Shown: positions 30,654-41,311 of the stretch, in pieces | How the letters are laid out: the number at the start of each line of letters is the position of its first letter | How positions within the stretch are numbered: position 1 is the stretch's first letter | Assembly (NCBI GenBank): GCA_963665815.1 | Contig: OY762463.1 | Coordinates: forward strand, 2,592,001 to 2,656,000 | DNA length: 64,000 bases | From: Candidatus Cloacimonadales bacterium | Lineage (GTDB): Bacteria; Cloacimonadota; Cloacimonadia; Cloacimonadales; JAIOQZ01 | Reading direction: 5' to 3' | Made by a program: the position numbers and the translations under genes | Notes under the pieces: model-generated | Told to the model about the DNA's origin: nothing | Database searches by the model: none | The model's input: the letters and a program-made list of their open reading frames with translations, nothing else

Positions 30654-30685
30654 AAAAAAGCCTGTTGTATTCTCAGCAGGCTTTT
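30654..30685. terminator. Bidirectional intrinsic terminator
   Basis: A-run AGCCTGTTG/CAGCAGGCT T-run between convergent genes. Confidence 0.75.
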
Positions 30686-30701
30686 CTGTATAGCTCTTTG
30701 T

Positions 30702-31478
30702 CTATTTCAATTTAATAATATCTTTCACATTCACTTCAGGATGATGATACCTTGTTCTGCCTATAGTTTTTCGTCCAGACTCAATTGCTGCCTGCGGACA
30801 CCAGCTTAGACAAGCATAACAGAACTCACATTTGTTGTGCCAGACTGGTTTACCACTTTCTATCGTAATATTGCTAACAGGACATACTCTGGCACAGAGA
30901 CCGCAGCTATTACACTTATCGGTAACTGAAAACGTCATTGCCATCTTCTGAATCATGATGTAGCCTAATCCGTAGAAAAGCCCCGGATGAATATTTGCCT
31001 CAAAGAAACTGGTATTTGTGTTACCAAAGTGCTTCTTTCTATTCTTGATTATCTCAGCAGCATTTGCGAGGTGTTTATCTGCCTTCGAAAGTAAATCCTT
31101 CTGTTTTTCAACCGGAACAACACCAAAATTTATATAATTTGAAGGTAATGGTATGTTAAAAAGAGCATCCAGTTTTAGTCCGCTTTGTTTGAATGCTTTC
31201 ACAGCTGCTTTGTCACCATTTCCAAGATCGCCTGCACCGGTATACATCATAAACGTGTAATCTGCCTTTTTCAGTTTCTTTATGAATCTTCTGACAATAA
31301 CAGGCATATTATACATGTATATTGGGCAAAGTATTCCGACTGACTCTCCTGAAAAGGATTCTGTACTTATGACTTTCGGGATTGAATAAATTTCACAATC
31401 ATTAATCAGTGCCTTAAGCTTCTTAGCCATGATCAGAGTATTCCCTGTTCCACTGAAGTAAAATATTTTAGTCTTCAT
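30702..31478 (-). CDS. EFR1-family flavodoxin/4Fe-4S ferredoxin fusion
   Basis: YFSGTGNT flavodoxin start; CNSCGLCARVCP and CEFCYACLSWCP; RYHHP. Confidence 0.9.
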   Translation of the reverse strand: MKTKIFYFSGTGNTLIMAKKLKALINDCEIYSIPKVISTESFSGESVGILCPIYMYNMPVIVRRFIKKLKKADYTFMMYTGAGDLGNGDKAAVKAFKQSGLKLDALFNIPLPSNYINFGVVPVEKQKDLLSKADKHLANAAEIIKNRKKHFGNTNTSFFEANIHPGLFYGLGYIMIQKMAMTFSVTDKCNSCGLCARVCPVSNITIESGKPVWHNKCEFCYACLSWCPQAAIESGRKTIGRTRYHHPEVNVKDIIKLK

Positions 31479-31935
31479 TGCTCTTCTCCTGTACCGGATT
31501 TTTTATACAAAAAAACGACAATAATGCAATCAGATTAATTGCTTCTCATATTTCACAGAGAATAAGAATTAGTTAGATTATGCATAACTCCTGACAAGAA
31601 GAACATTTAACTTGATAAATGTCAATTCTTTTCGTGTTGCTGTAGGGGAATTTTGCTGCGATATGAAATATTAAAAAACAAACCTTATAAATAATTGAAA
31701 ATAAGTTATTTAATGAATGTTTTTGAAAAGAAATCAAGAAAAACACAAATGTGAATATAATAAACTCTGTAATAATGAATTAATATGATGTTTAATATCG
31801 TTATTGATGAAATGCTAAAAGATTTAAAATAAGTGTTTTAATTGACAATTTGAGAACTAATCACTTGTATTGGTATATAAATTTCTTATATTTTCATAAT
31901 AGAGAATAAAAAAATTACAAGAGTAATACTCATGT

Positions 31936-32026
31936 ACTCCGAGCTGTTTTTCCTAAGGCTGTTGCTATGGATTTCAGCCAATGGGTTCACCGGAAACGGC
32001 AGAGCCTCCCGTGTTTGGAAAGGAGT
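31936..32026 (+). ncRNA. Moco RNA motif lacking P3 (Tuco-type candidate riboswitch)
   Basis: ACTCCGAGC...CCTAAG...TATGG...CCG-GAAA-CGG...GCCTCCCGTGTTTGGAAAGGAGT; P1 ACTCC/GGAGT; upstream of AOR. Confidence 0.88.
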
Positions 32027-32046
32027 TCAAACTAAAGGAGGTAGAT

Positions 32047-33858
32047 ATGAGTTTTCTTCTCGCAAATTCAAAACTTTTGAGAATTAATTTAACAACTGGA
32101 AACATCACAACTGAGAACGTCAAAGAAGATTATTTCGAAAAATATCTTGGAGGACGAGGTTTGGGTACTAGAATTTTCTGTGATGAAGTAGACCCGAAAA
32201 TTGCCCCCTTTGATGCTGACAACAAACTGATTTTTGCAAACGGTTTCCTGAGCGGAACTATAATGCCGACAGGCGGCAGATACATGGTTGTAACCAAGTC
32301 ACCTCTAACAGGAACTATTGCTTCCAGTAACTCAGGTGGTTTTTTCGGTAATGAACTCCGCAGAGCAGGTATATCCGTAATAATATTTGAAGGAAAAGCA
32401 GAAAAACCTGTGTATATCTCCATTGCAGATTCAGAAGTAAAGATTAATGATGCAGCCGAAGTATGGGGATTGGATACTCACAAAACAACAGACATCTTAT
32501 CCGAAAAATTCGATAAAAAAGGCTGTAAAGTAGCATGTATAGGTCCTGCCGGAGAAAATCTGTCTAAGGTGGCTGCGATAATCAATGATAAAGGCAGAGC
32601 AGCGGGAAGAAGTGGAGTTGGAGCAGTAATGGGTTCAAAGAACCTTAAAGCTATTGTAGTGAAAGGTTCAGATAATCATGAGCTTAATGCGGAAACAGGA
32701 TTCAGAGAAACTGCAAAGAAGCATGTGGGTATGTTGAAGGCTCATCCTGTTACAGGAGAAGGTCTGCCTGCACTTGGAACAAAAGTTCTGGATAATATTA
32801 TAAACTCTACAGGATTGTATCCTACCAGAAACTTCCAGTTTGCGACCTTTAAGAATGTGGAAGAGGTTAGTGGTGAAGCTCTGGTGGAAAAAAACTATCT
32901 CAAGAAAAACAAAGCCTGTTTCGCCTGTCCGATTTCCTGTGGTAGAGATGTTGTTCTGCCAAATGGGCACAAAGGTGAAGGACCAGAATATGAAAGTGGC
33001 TGGTGTTTTGGTGCTGCCTGTGATGTAGACGACCTGATTGCAATTACTGAGGCTAATTTCCTCTGTAATGAGCTTGGTCTGGATACTATCTCAACAGGAG
33101 TAACAATTGCTACGGCGATGGAATTATATGAAAAAGGCTATATCCCTAAAGAAGATCTGGAGCATATGACAGTCCCACGCTGGGGAAGTTCGGAAGCTGT
33201 TGTATATTATACTAAAGCAATGGCGTACAGAGAAACAAAACTTGCGGACAAAATGGCTGAGGGTGCATACAGATTGGCAGCGTATTATGGTCATCCGGAA
33301 CTGGCAATGGTCGTTAAGAAACAGGAATTACCTGCTTATGATCCGCGTGGTGTTCAAGGCCACGGTCTGCAGTATGCAACCTCAAACCGGGGCGGTTGTC
33401 ACGTAAGAGGTTACATGATATCTCCTGAGGTACTCGGAGTGCCGGAAAAACTTGATACACAGCAGATAGAAGGTAAAGCTCTCTGGGTAAAAATATTCCA
33501 GGATCTGACTGCAGCTATTGATTCACTCGGACTGTGTCTGTTTACATCTTTTGCTCTGGGAGCAGGAGAATATGCTGAAGAAGTAAATGCTGCAGCAGGC
33601 ACAAAACTTTCTGCCGATGATATACTTACAATAGGTGAGAGAATCTGGAATCTGGAACGTAAATTTAACATTGAAGCAGGTATTTTGCCTGATCAGGATA
33701 CACTTCCTGCCAGATTTGATGAACCGTTACCTGATGGTCCACAGAAAGGTGCTAAAACCAGATTCAGAGAAATATTACCTGAGTACTACAGTCTGCGAGG
33801 CTGGGACGAAAAAGGATATATTCCTGAAGAAAAATTGAAAGAGTTAGAAATAGATTAA
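32047..33858 (+). CDS. aor: Tungsten-type aldehyde:ferredoxin oxidoreductase
   Basis: LGGRGLG, KSPLTG, GRSGVGAVMGSKNLKAI, CFACPISC, GPEYE, GLDTIS, YDPRG, RGGCH; ATG 32047 with AAGGAGG. Confidence 0.95.
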   Translation: MSFLLANSKLLRINLTTGNITTENVKEDYFEKYLGGRGLGTRIFCDEVDPKIAPFDADNKLIFANGFLSGTIMPTGGRYMVVTKSPLTGTIASSNSGGFFGNELRRAGISVIIFEGKAEKPVYISIADSEVKINDAAEVWGLDTHKTTDILSEKFDKKGCKVACIGPAGENLSKVAAIINDKGRAAGRSGVGAVMGSKNLKAIVVKGSDNHELNAETGFRETAKKHVGMLKAHPVTGEGLPALGTKVLDNIINSTGLYPTRNFQFATFKNVEEVSGEALVEKNYLKKNKACFACPISCGRDVVLPNGHKGEGPEYESGWCFGAACDVDDLIAITEANFLCNELGLDTISTGVTIATAMELYEKGYIPKEDLEHMTVPRWGSSEAVVYYTKAMAYRETKLADKMAEGAYRLAAYYGHPELAMVVKKQELPAYDPRGVQGHGLQYATSNRGGCHVRGYMISPEVLGVPEKLDTQQIEGKALWVKIFQDLTAAIDSLGLCLFTSFALGAGEYAEEVNAAAGTKLSADDILTIGERIWNLERKFNIEAGILPDQDTLPARFDEPLPDGPQKGAKTRFREILPEYYSLRGWDEKGYIPEEKLKELEID

Positions 33859-33864
33859 AAAAAC

Positions 33865-33888
33865 AGGGCTTCCGTTCAGGGAGCCCTT
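33865..33888 (+). terminator. Terminator-like hairpin after aor
   Basis: AGGGCTTCC/GGGAGCCCT stem. Confidence 0.6.
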
Positions 33889-33908
33889 AACTTATTAATG
33901 TCAAAGAT

Positions 33909-34050
33909 TTTGACTCCGCTCTATCAATTTAACTTACTGATAAAGATAGAGTTGGAAGTTTCCTGAGTCCCGATGAAGTCGGGAAAGGAAATATACTTTG
34001 AACAAAAAAAAATCAAAATTGCGTTTTTACACACTGTGAACGGAGTCGAA
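33909..34050. repeat. Nested palindromic intergenic element
   Basis: Outer imperfect IR TTTGACTCCGCTC / GAACGGAGTCGAA enclosing CTCTATC/GATAGAG and TCCCGA-TGAAG-TCGGGA hairpins. Confidence 0.5.
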
Positions 34051-34104
34051 GGGAATATGGCTTGAGCATGCAGATTTCCATAAAATGTCGCATGAAGGTT
34101 AAAT

Positions 34105-34383
34105 ATGATTACAATAAAATTTTTCAGTTTGTTGAGGCTTTTAATAAAAAAATCTGAACAGGTTTTGGAAGTAAAAGAGATTAAACTGCTTGATCTTCTT
34201 AAAAGGTCACAGGAGGAAATTTCAACTCAGTTCATTCATAAACTGATTGATGAAAATGAATCTCTTATAACAGGTACAATAATACTGGTGAACGGAAAAA
34301 ACGTGCATCATCTGCAAAAGCTTAATACAATAGTGCAGGATGGAGATCTTGTATCATTATTCCCACCCGGTGGCGGTGGATGA
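34105..34383 (+). CDS. moaD: MoaD/ThiS family sulfur carrier
   Basis: ILVNGKNV, LFPPGGGG C-terminal di-Gly. Confidence 0.9.
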   Translation: MITIKFFSLLRLLIKKSEQVLEVKEIKLLDLLKRSQEEISTQFIHKLIDENESLITGTIILVNGKNVHHLQKLNTIVQDGDLVSLFPPGGGG

Positions 34384-35069
34384 TGAATAAACAAGAGCTG
34401 TTCTCAAGAACTACAATATTTACAGGCAGTGATCAACTGGAGACTCTGCAGAATTCAACTGTTCTGGTGGCAGGTGTGGGTGGACTTGGCTGTGTTGTAA
34501 GTCATCTTTTGGTCAGAAGGGGGATAGGGAGGATAATCCTGCTGGACTGCAAGCAAATAGATTTGCCTGACCTGAACAGACAGATGCTGTATACATCTGA
34601 AGATCTGGGTAGAAACAAAGTTGAAGCTGCAACAGATTTTCTTCAGAAAGTACATCCATATACTGAAGTTGAAAAAGTGCATGCTGTAATTTCAGATTCA
34701 AACGAATTTTCAGATATAATCAGTAAACTGGATTTTGATTTGATTGCAGATTGTCTCGACAACTATGAATCAAGATTTGTTCTGGAGAAGTTTCTGAGAA
34801 ATGATTGCCAATATCTTGTCCATGGTGGAGTCAGCCATGATTTCGGACAGGTAACATCAATAAGAAAAGGAATGAGCATGCGTAGTCTGTATTCCGGAGT
34901 AAAGGAATCAGATGGAGTTATTCCTGTCATTCCGGAAATCGTGAATATTATTGGCAGCCTTATGGTTAAGGAAATTATCAATTGTCTTTCAAATGAACCT
35001 GAATTATTACAGAAACTTCTAATAATGGAACTTTCAGACTTTTCATCATTTATTGTAGACTGGTGTTAA
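34380..35069 (+). CDS. moeB: MoeB/ThiF family adenylyltransferase
   Basis: VAGVGGLG, DLNRQ, DCLDNYESR; lacks CxxC Zn motifs. Confidence 0.85.
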   Translation: MMNKQELFSRTTIFTGSDQLETLQNSTVLVAGVGGLGCVVSHLLVRRGIGRIILLDCKQIDLPDLNRQMLYTSEDLGRNKVEAATDFLQKVHPYTEVEKVHAVISDSNEFSDIISKLDFDLIADCLDNYESRFVLEKFLRNDCQYLVHGGVSHDFGQVTSIRKGMSMRSLYSGVKESDGVIPVIPEIVNIIGSLMVKEIINCLSNEPELLQKLLIMELSDFSSFIVDWC

Positions 35070-35246
35070 AAAAAATCAATTCAATTAATTCTTACATACA
35101 CAAAAAATCTTGACTTATTGAATACTGCTCAGTAATAATAACGTTATGATATTATTATTGTTGAAAACATTTCAATATCATTGGTAATAAAAGTATACAC
35201 CCTAAAAAGAACTAATCATTATTTCTTATATTTTTAAGGAGTTAAA

Positions 35247-36032
35247 ATGAAAAAAATTATAGCTGTTTATATTTTGTTTTCTTTTACTATTTTTGCCTTT
35301 GCAGGTACTACTATTGAGAAAATAACCAGGAGACTTGATGCCTCAGAAACGTTTTACAAATCGTTCGGAGATATAAAAGATGCAGAGAACTGCAATCTGA
35401 TGATCAGGCATTTTATTGCTGACTTCGAATATTTCATGAAAGGCTTTCAGAATTTACTGGAGGATGAGATGAGTAGAGCGCTTAATGGGGACGTTCAGGT
35501 TGATCAGGATGTTCAGACTCAATCATATCGATTTGATCATTTAACTGATATTGTAATCGACAAAATAACTTTATTCAGAGGTGACAAAGAGTTGGAGAAA
35601 AGTCTGGATGAACTTAACAAATTAGGTAAGTCATTCAACTCAAAAATAGAAGTAACTTCGAAGCTTAGTCAAACCGGAAATCTGGAACAGGATTTGTTTA
35701 CTGCTATGGATAAGCTTGCTGCACTGTCTGTTGAAATGGATAAGATTGTAACAGCAGATGACTGTGTAAAGGTTATAGAAAAATTGAATAGCAGGTTTGC
35801 CGAAGTTGCGAATTTAATATTGAAAGTAGCTAACAAATACGGCAATATGAATGATGTCCCGAAATCTTTTAATGATGAGTTCGAGTTGAAATCAAAAAAA
35901 ATGAATGAAATGATGGGTAAATTTCCGGATGCTGTTGCAAGGTTCAAAGATAGTGATGTAGTCATAAAGTCAGTACAGGCATTTCAGAAAACTGCAAATA
36001 CCTGGGACAGCAGACTGAGAAAATTCTATTAA
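35247..36032 (+). CDS. Secreted helical hypothetical protein with internal duplication
   Basis: Signal peptide; DIKDAENC/KIVTADDC and LFRGDKEL.KS/RFKDSDVV.KS paired segments. Confidence 0.7.
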   Translation: MKKIIAVYILFSFTIFAFAGTTIEKITRRLDASETFYKSFGDIKDAENCNLMIRHFIADFEYFMKGFQNLLEDEMSRALNGDVQVDQDVQTQSYRFDHLTDIVIDKITLFRGDKELEKSLDELNKLGKSFNSKIEVTSKLSQTGNLEQDLFTAMDKLAALSVEMDKIVTADDCVKVIEKLNSRFAEVANLILKVANKYGNMNDVPKSFNDEFELKSKKMNEMMGKFPDAVARFKDSDVVIKSVQAFQKTANTWDSRLRKFY

Positions 36033-36052
36033 TTACATTAAAGGTTCAAATA

Positions 36053-38638
36053 ATGAGAAAATCCATTTTCATAATTCTGATATTCACTTTCGCATTACTG
36101 CATGGAGAAGTCTTTAATCCTGTAAATCCCGAAGTTCACTCTCTTGTCTGGAAATCTGTTACAGATCCGGAAGTAGTTTACTTCATGGACAGACTTGGGT
36201 TGAGACCGGAGAATTTCGCTGAAACATACTACCAGACATACAAATGCGATTCTTATGAAGTTCAGGTAATGCTTAAGAAAGACAAAATCTGGAATATCAA
36301 GTATACTTTTCCTGATCCGATGACTGCTGAAAAGACTTCCGAACCAATTATGAAGTACTATGGACTATCTCATATTTATGAAGAACCGGACCATAAAATA
36401 TGGAAAGATGATGATGACAGATTTGGAGAGGGGAGTATTGAATACGTTAAAAAGAATAATGAGGATTTTCTTACACTTGCAAGACTTGATGATAATAATA
36501 AGGAAATAATTGAAGTTTACTACGCAAAACAAGATGATAAATACATTGTCAATCTTATATATGTCTACGGTGAATTTCCCAAAGAATATAAGAAAGAATG
36601 GGCAATGGAGGCTGAGAATTACTACTCTACAATCTCTGAAGAAAGAAAAAAAGATATAGAAAATGCATTCTCAGATGACCCGGAAGTAAAAAAAGCTGTC
36701 GCCCAAAAAGCGAAGAAACTACCTAAGCCGAAAATTGCTGCCCGAATCGATCCAGAATTAGCTGCTGAAGCTGAAAAAAGGGAGAGAATGGAATCAGTTA
36801 TCACAATCTGGGATGATTACATCATTGATAACTGGAAAATTACAGAGCTGACGAAGTTATTCTCACTCACAAACATAAGTGTTGATGATCTGAAAATGCT
36901 GATAGATAAGTTTGGCTTCACTAAATCATATTACGAAAAATATACACATCCTGAAAAGAAATACTCTTTTCAGTTTACAAAAAACGATGAGAGTTTTTAT
37001 CTCTCAAAAATCGAAATCCCTGTTACTTATGGAGATTCTTTTCCTTCTATAGGTCTCGAAGAGGAAGTTACCCTTGAAAAACTGGAGAAAAAGTACGGAT
37101 TATGCTGGTACAAGAACATAAATTTATCACCATATACTATTCATGCTTCCGGACATTCATCTCAAAAGAAATATAACATGGATTTCTCATTTGAAAGAAA
37201 AGCGTACTCAGATATAATCAATAAAATTGAGATTACTCTGAATGACAAAGAGTATCGTGAATTCGACGGACAAATAACATTTAAAAAAGGCGAATCTCTC
37301 TGGGGGGATTGTGAAAACGGGAAAGGCATATACAAGTATACAAACGGCAAATGGGTTGTCGGATTATTCAAAGATGGAAAGAAAACTCATGGATATGCAG
37401 AAGATTATGACCCATTAAAGGTTGTAGAAGAAATTGGTTATCAGGATAGACATCCCTGTTCATTTGCACGCAGAATTGATAATTCTGTCTGGGGGAAACT
37501 TCTAACTCATAAGATCGGTTTATCAGCCATGACCTGGGCTTTTAACAAGAAAGACTATACGAAAGAAGACTGGGATATACTGAAAAAGAATTACTGGTTT
37601 AAGCATGACTCCGGAGTATACAGGTCTCCGGATGGTAAGATTTCTCTTATAGCTCCTACCAATGGACATTACATTAAGGAGATTGCTTTAAATATAGATA
37701 ATGAAAATGATTTAAAATCCCTTGGTCTGGCGAAGCATTACTCCAAGCAGGAACTTGAGAGAATATACGGATATGAGTACATCGGATATAGCAGCTCATA
37801 CAGAACAATTATGATTCCTGAAGGTGACGAGGATAAGAATAACCACATTATAATGGTCCTGGGTCTGAACACAGCGGAGAATAAAATAACAAAAGCCCAA
37901 CTCAGCCCAATTAATCCGGAAAAAATTATCGTAGGTAAAACACTCAGGTATATCGCAACCGGAATTGTGAATAAACCCGGAGTTACTTATCAATTTGCGG
38001 ATGGACCACGATTTGTTGGAACTGTTCGGGGAGGTATTCCATTTACCGGGACAATCTTTGACTATATGACTGATACAAGTTTAATGACTCTCAGGTCATA
38101 TAAACCGGATCAGGGATTTGCACCGGCATTTATTGCCAATGCAGAGAAAATGAGAGATCCACTGCTGAAGCATATGGATAGATTTGCAATTGAAATCAAT
38201 GCATTCAGAGAAGATGAAAAAGAAATGGCACTTAGTATGGAAGGTTATATGGAAAAACCGGAAGAATCGGAATTCTATTCAGGGTGGATTAAGGAATCTG
38301 CCACCAAAGCTGAAAAGCATATTAAAAAAGCCAGGCTGCACATGGACAACATTTTTGATCTTGTCGGAAAAGCTGATCTGGAGTGTAATATTGCTTCAAC
38401 CCATATTGCAGAGATATATACAAGTTTATCCTATTTCCAGGATCTTATTGGTACTGCCAGAAAACTTGCTCAGAATAATAGAGAAAGAGCATATAAATAT
38501 AAGGAAGTTCTGGAAAAGTACAATAAGTATGACAAGCAGATGAGAGGAGCCTATGACAGCTTGATATCTGATCTGGAAAACTGTGGATATTTCAATAAAA
38601 TGTATGAAATGGGAAAGAAGGAAATGGATAAAGAATAA
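36053..38638 (+). CDS. Large secreted hypothetical protein, tandem paralog A
   Basis: Signal peptide; MORN-like WGDCENGKGIYKYTNG...GLFKDG; colinear homology to next gene. Confidence 0.8.
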   Translation: MRKSIFIILIFTFALLHGEVFNPVNPEVHSLVWKSVTDPEVVYFMDRLGLRPENFAETYYQTYKCDSYEVQVMLKKDKIWNIKYTFPDPMTAEKTSEPIMKYYGLSHIYEEPDHKIWKDDDDRFGEGSIEYVKKNNEDFLTLARLDDNNKEIIEVYYAKQDDKYIVNLIYVYGEFPKEYKKEWAMEAENYYSTISEERKKDIENAFSDDPEVKKAVAQKAKKLPKPKIAARIDPELAAEAEKRERMESVITIWDDYIIDNWKITELTKLFSLTNISVDDLKMLIDKFGFTKSYYEKYTHPEKKYSFQFTKNDESFYLSKIEIPVTYGDSFPSIGLEEEVTLEKLEKKYGLCWYKNINLSPYTIHASGHSSQKKYNMDFSFERKAYSDIINKIEITLNDKEYREFDGQITFKKGESLWGDCENGKGIYKYTNGKWVVGLFKDGKKTHGYAEDYDPLKVVEEIGYQDRHPCSFARRIDNSVWGKLLTHKIGLSAMTWAFNKKDYTKEDWDILKKNYWFKHDSGVYRSPDGKISLIAPTNGHYIKEIALNIDNENDLKSLGLAKHYSKQELERIYGYEYIGYSSSYRTIMIPEGDEDKNNHIIMVLGLNTAENKITKAQLSPINPEKIIVGKTLRYIATGIVNKPGVTYQFADGPRFVGTVRGGIPFTGTIFDYMTDTSLMTLRSYKPDQGFAPAFIANAEKMRDPLLKHMDRFAIEINAFREDEKEMALSMEGYMEKPEESEFYSGWIKESATKAEKHIKKARLHMDNIFDLVGKADLECNIASTHIAEIYTSLSYFQDLIGTARKLAQNNRERAYKYKEVLEKYNKYDKQMRGAYDSLISDLENCGYFNKMYEMGKKEMDKE

Positions 38639-38664
38639 TTCATCCAAAACATACAAGGTAAAGA

Positions 38665-41232
38665 ATGAGAAAAACAATTATATGCGTTTTGTTTCTAATT
38701 TCATTAATTACTCTGTTTGCAGAGTTTGATCCAATATCTCCGGAGATTCAATCTTTGATAGGGAAACCTGTAACAGACCCGAAAGTAATCTACGTCATGG
38801 ATAAAATTGGACTAATACCCGAAAAATTCGCTGATACTTCTTATCAGACATATAAAGCAGATAATTATGAATTACTGATAATGCTGAAAAAAAATAAAAT
38901 ATGGTATATAACGCTAACTTTTCGTAATCCTGAAACTGCTGAGAAAGCTTCTAAACCAATTCTTAAACACTATGGTATACCTTATGTTTATCAAGAGCCT
39001 GATCACAAGAAATGGAAAGATGGAAATGATTATCTGGGTGATGGAACAATTGAGAACACATTAAAGTATGGTGGAAATCACTTAGTATTGTATCACTATA
39101 AAGATAAAAATGATATTATCAGCCAGATATACTATAATAAACATGATGATAAGTATGTTGTTGGTTTGATATATATTTATGGTGAGTTCCCCAGAAAATA
39201 CAAGAAAAAATGGCAGGACGATGCTGACAAATACTATTCTACAATATCTGATGAGAGAAAAGCAGATATTGCAAATGCATTCTCAGCTGACCCTGAAGTT
39301 AAAAAAGCTGTTGCACAAAAAGTGGAAAAATTATCTAAAATGAAAATTGCTGCTCAGGTTGATCCCGTTATTGCTGCAAAAGTAGAGAAAATGAAAAAAA
39401 TGGCATCTGTTGTGACAATATGGGATGAGTATCTTAAAGATGAATGGAAAATTTTAGAACTGATCAGGATGTTTTCTCTTACAAATATCAGTGATAATGA
39501 CCTTCAAATGCTGATAGATAAGTTTGGATTTGATAGATCATACACCTATTATACGCATCCGGACAAAAAGTATAGACTAATTATTGAGCATGCTGGTGAT
39601 AGTTATAGATTAACAAAAATTGAGATTCTTACTCAATATGGAGATACTTATCCATCAATTGGACTTGATGAGAAAGTAACGCTTGATTATCTTGAGAGTA
39701 AATTTGGATTATGCTGGTATAAATATTCAAATGAGTCACCTTATGAAGTCTTTGCCTCTGGAAATAAGGATAATTCCGATCATAACATCAAGTTTCAATT
39801 TGTTCGAGGAGCATATGAAAAAAAAATTAAAAGAATTTCTATCGAATTGACTAATCGAGAAGGTTTTTTACTTGATGGGAATATCAATTTTCTAACTGGT
39901 GGATGCTTGTGGGGAGATTGTGAAAACGGTAAAGGAATATATCAATATACTAATAACAAATGGGTTGTCGGTTTATTTAAGGATGGAAAGAAAACTCATG
40001 GTATTCCTGAAGATTATAATGCAGAGAAAATTCTTGAGGAAATTGATTATCAGAAAAAAAATCCATGTTCCTGGGCAAGAAGACTTGATAATTCTGTCTG
40101 GGCCAAACTATTGTACAAGGAGAATGGAATTTCTGCCATAACTCTGGCATTCAATAAGAGAGATTTTTCTCATGAGGACAGAGATATATTATTAAACAAC
40201 TACTGGTTCAAATATGAGTATAACTGGTATAAATCACCTGATGGGAAGATATCTTTTGAAGTCCCCAAAAACAGCAATTACATTCATCAGATGGTTATTC
40301 ACATTAATACACTTGAAGATCTTCAATCTTTTGGTTTTGAAAGACATTATTCCAAACAGGAACTGGAGAGCATGCTTGGATATGAATATGTAAGGTATTC
40401 CAATAGTTTTAATGCTGTATTGGTGCCGAAGGATGATCCTGATAGGAATAATCATCTTCAGATTAGTTTGGGACTGAATACTACAAAAAATACAATTACA
40501 AGTGTTACATTAAGACCCTTCAACAAGGAAAAGATTCACATAAGCAATACACTTGTTTTTCTAAAAACAGGTTCTCTTGAGAGACCTGATGTAACATTTC
40601 AGTTTGCGGATGGACCCAGATTCATTGGAAAAACATTTATGGGTATTCCCTGGACCGGAACAATATATGCCTATCATAGAGACATAGACTTCATGAATCT
40701 TCAGTCCGGTAAACCTGATAGAGGTTTTGCTCCGGAATTTATCAGAAAAGCTGAAGAAAATGCTGATCCCGCTTTCAAAGCTATAAACAAGTTTACGCGA
40801 TTAATGGAAGCATATAGAGAAGATGAGATGACGATGCTTGAGCACCTTACAAATCTTGCAGAACACCCTGAGGATAACGATAAATATAAGCGTGCGGTTC
40901 TTGATGCCTGCAAGAAAGCTGAATACAAACTAATTGATGCTCGCAGTACATTTAACATTGTATTTGTAAATGTTGAGAGAAGTGAATTAGACTGTAAGAT
41001 TGCTTCAACAGAAATAGCTAGGATTTTTACCAGTCTTTCCTACTTTAGAGAAGTTCTTGATACTGCCAGAAAGCTGGTTAAGCAGAATGGTAAGAAGACT
41101 CCGGAAGATGAAAAGATAATGAATGGTTACGAAGAGTATGATAAGCAAATAGTTAAATCTTATGACAGTCTTGTCTCAGCTTTATTTGATTGTGGATTTT
41201 TCCAACGAGATCCTGAGAAGTGGAGTAAATAA
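38665..41232 (+). CDS. Large secreted hypothetical protein, tandem paralog B
   Basis: Signal peptide; same motifs as paralog A along the full length. Confidence 0.8.
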   Translation: MRKTIICVLFLISLITLFAEFDPISPEIQSLIGKPVTDPKVIYVMDKIGLIPEKFADTSYQTYKADNYELLIMLKKNKIWYITLTFRNPETAEKASKPILKHYGIPYVYQEPDHKKWKDGNDYLGDGTIENTLKYGGNHLVLYHYKDKNDIISQIYYNKHDDKYVVGLIYIYGEFPRKYKKKWQDDADKYYSTISDERKADIANAFSADPEVKKAVAQKVEKLSKMKIAAQVDPVIAAKVEKMKKMASVVTIWDEYLKDEWKILELIRMFSLTNISDNDLQMLIDKFGFDRSYTYYTHPDKKYRLIIEHAGDSYRLTKIEILTQYGDTYPSIGLDEKVTLDYLESKFGLCWYKYSNESPYEVFASGNKDNSDHNIKFQFVRGAYEKKIKRISIELTNREGFLLDGNINFLTGGCLWGDCENGKGIYQYTNNKWVVGLFKDGKKTHGIPEDYNAEKILEEIDYQKKNPCSWARRLDNSVWAKLLYKENGISAITLAFNKRDFSHEDRDILLNNYWFKYEYNWYKSPDGKISFEVPKNSNYIHQMVIHINTLEDLQSFGFERHYSKQELESMLGYEYVRYSNSFNAVLVPKDDPDRNNHLQISLGLNTTKNTITSVTLRPFNKEKIHISNTLVFLKTGSLERPDVTFQFADGPRFIGKTFMGIPWTGTIYAYHRDIDFMNLQSGKPDRGFAPEFIRKAEENADPAFKAINKFTRLMEAYREDEMTMLEHLTNLAEHPEDNDKYKRAVLDACKKAEYKLIDARSTFNIVFVNVERSELDCKIASTEIARIFTSLSYFREVLDTARKLVKQNGKKTPEDEKIMNGYEEYDKQIVKSYDSLVSALFDCGFFQRDPEKWSK

Positions 41233-41311
41233 TTAAACTTTTTCGTCTTAGTTTTACAATGTTAACATTGCCAGTTAATGCTCGATTACATTTTTTGTGT
41301 ACGGAGGTACA

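Noticed and set aside
31981-32046. N-terminal extension of AOR in the ORF track
   Set aside because: Lies within the Moco-type RNA; strong RBS supports ATG 32047
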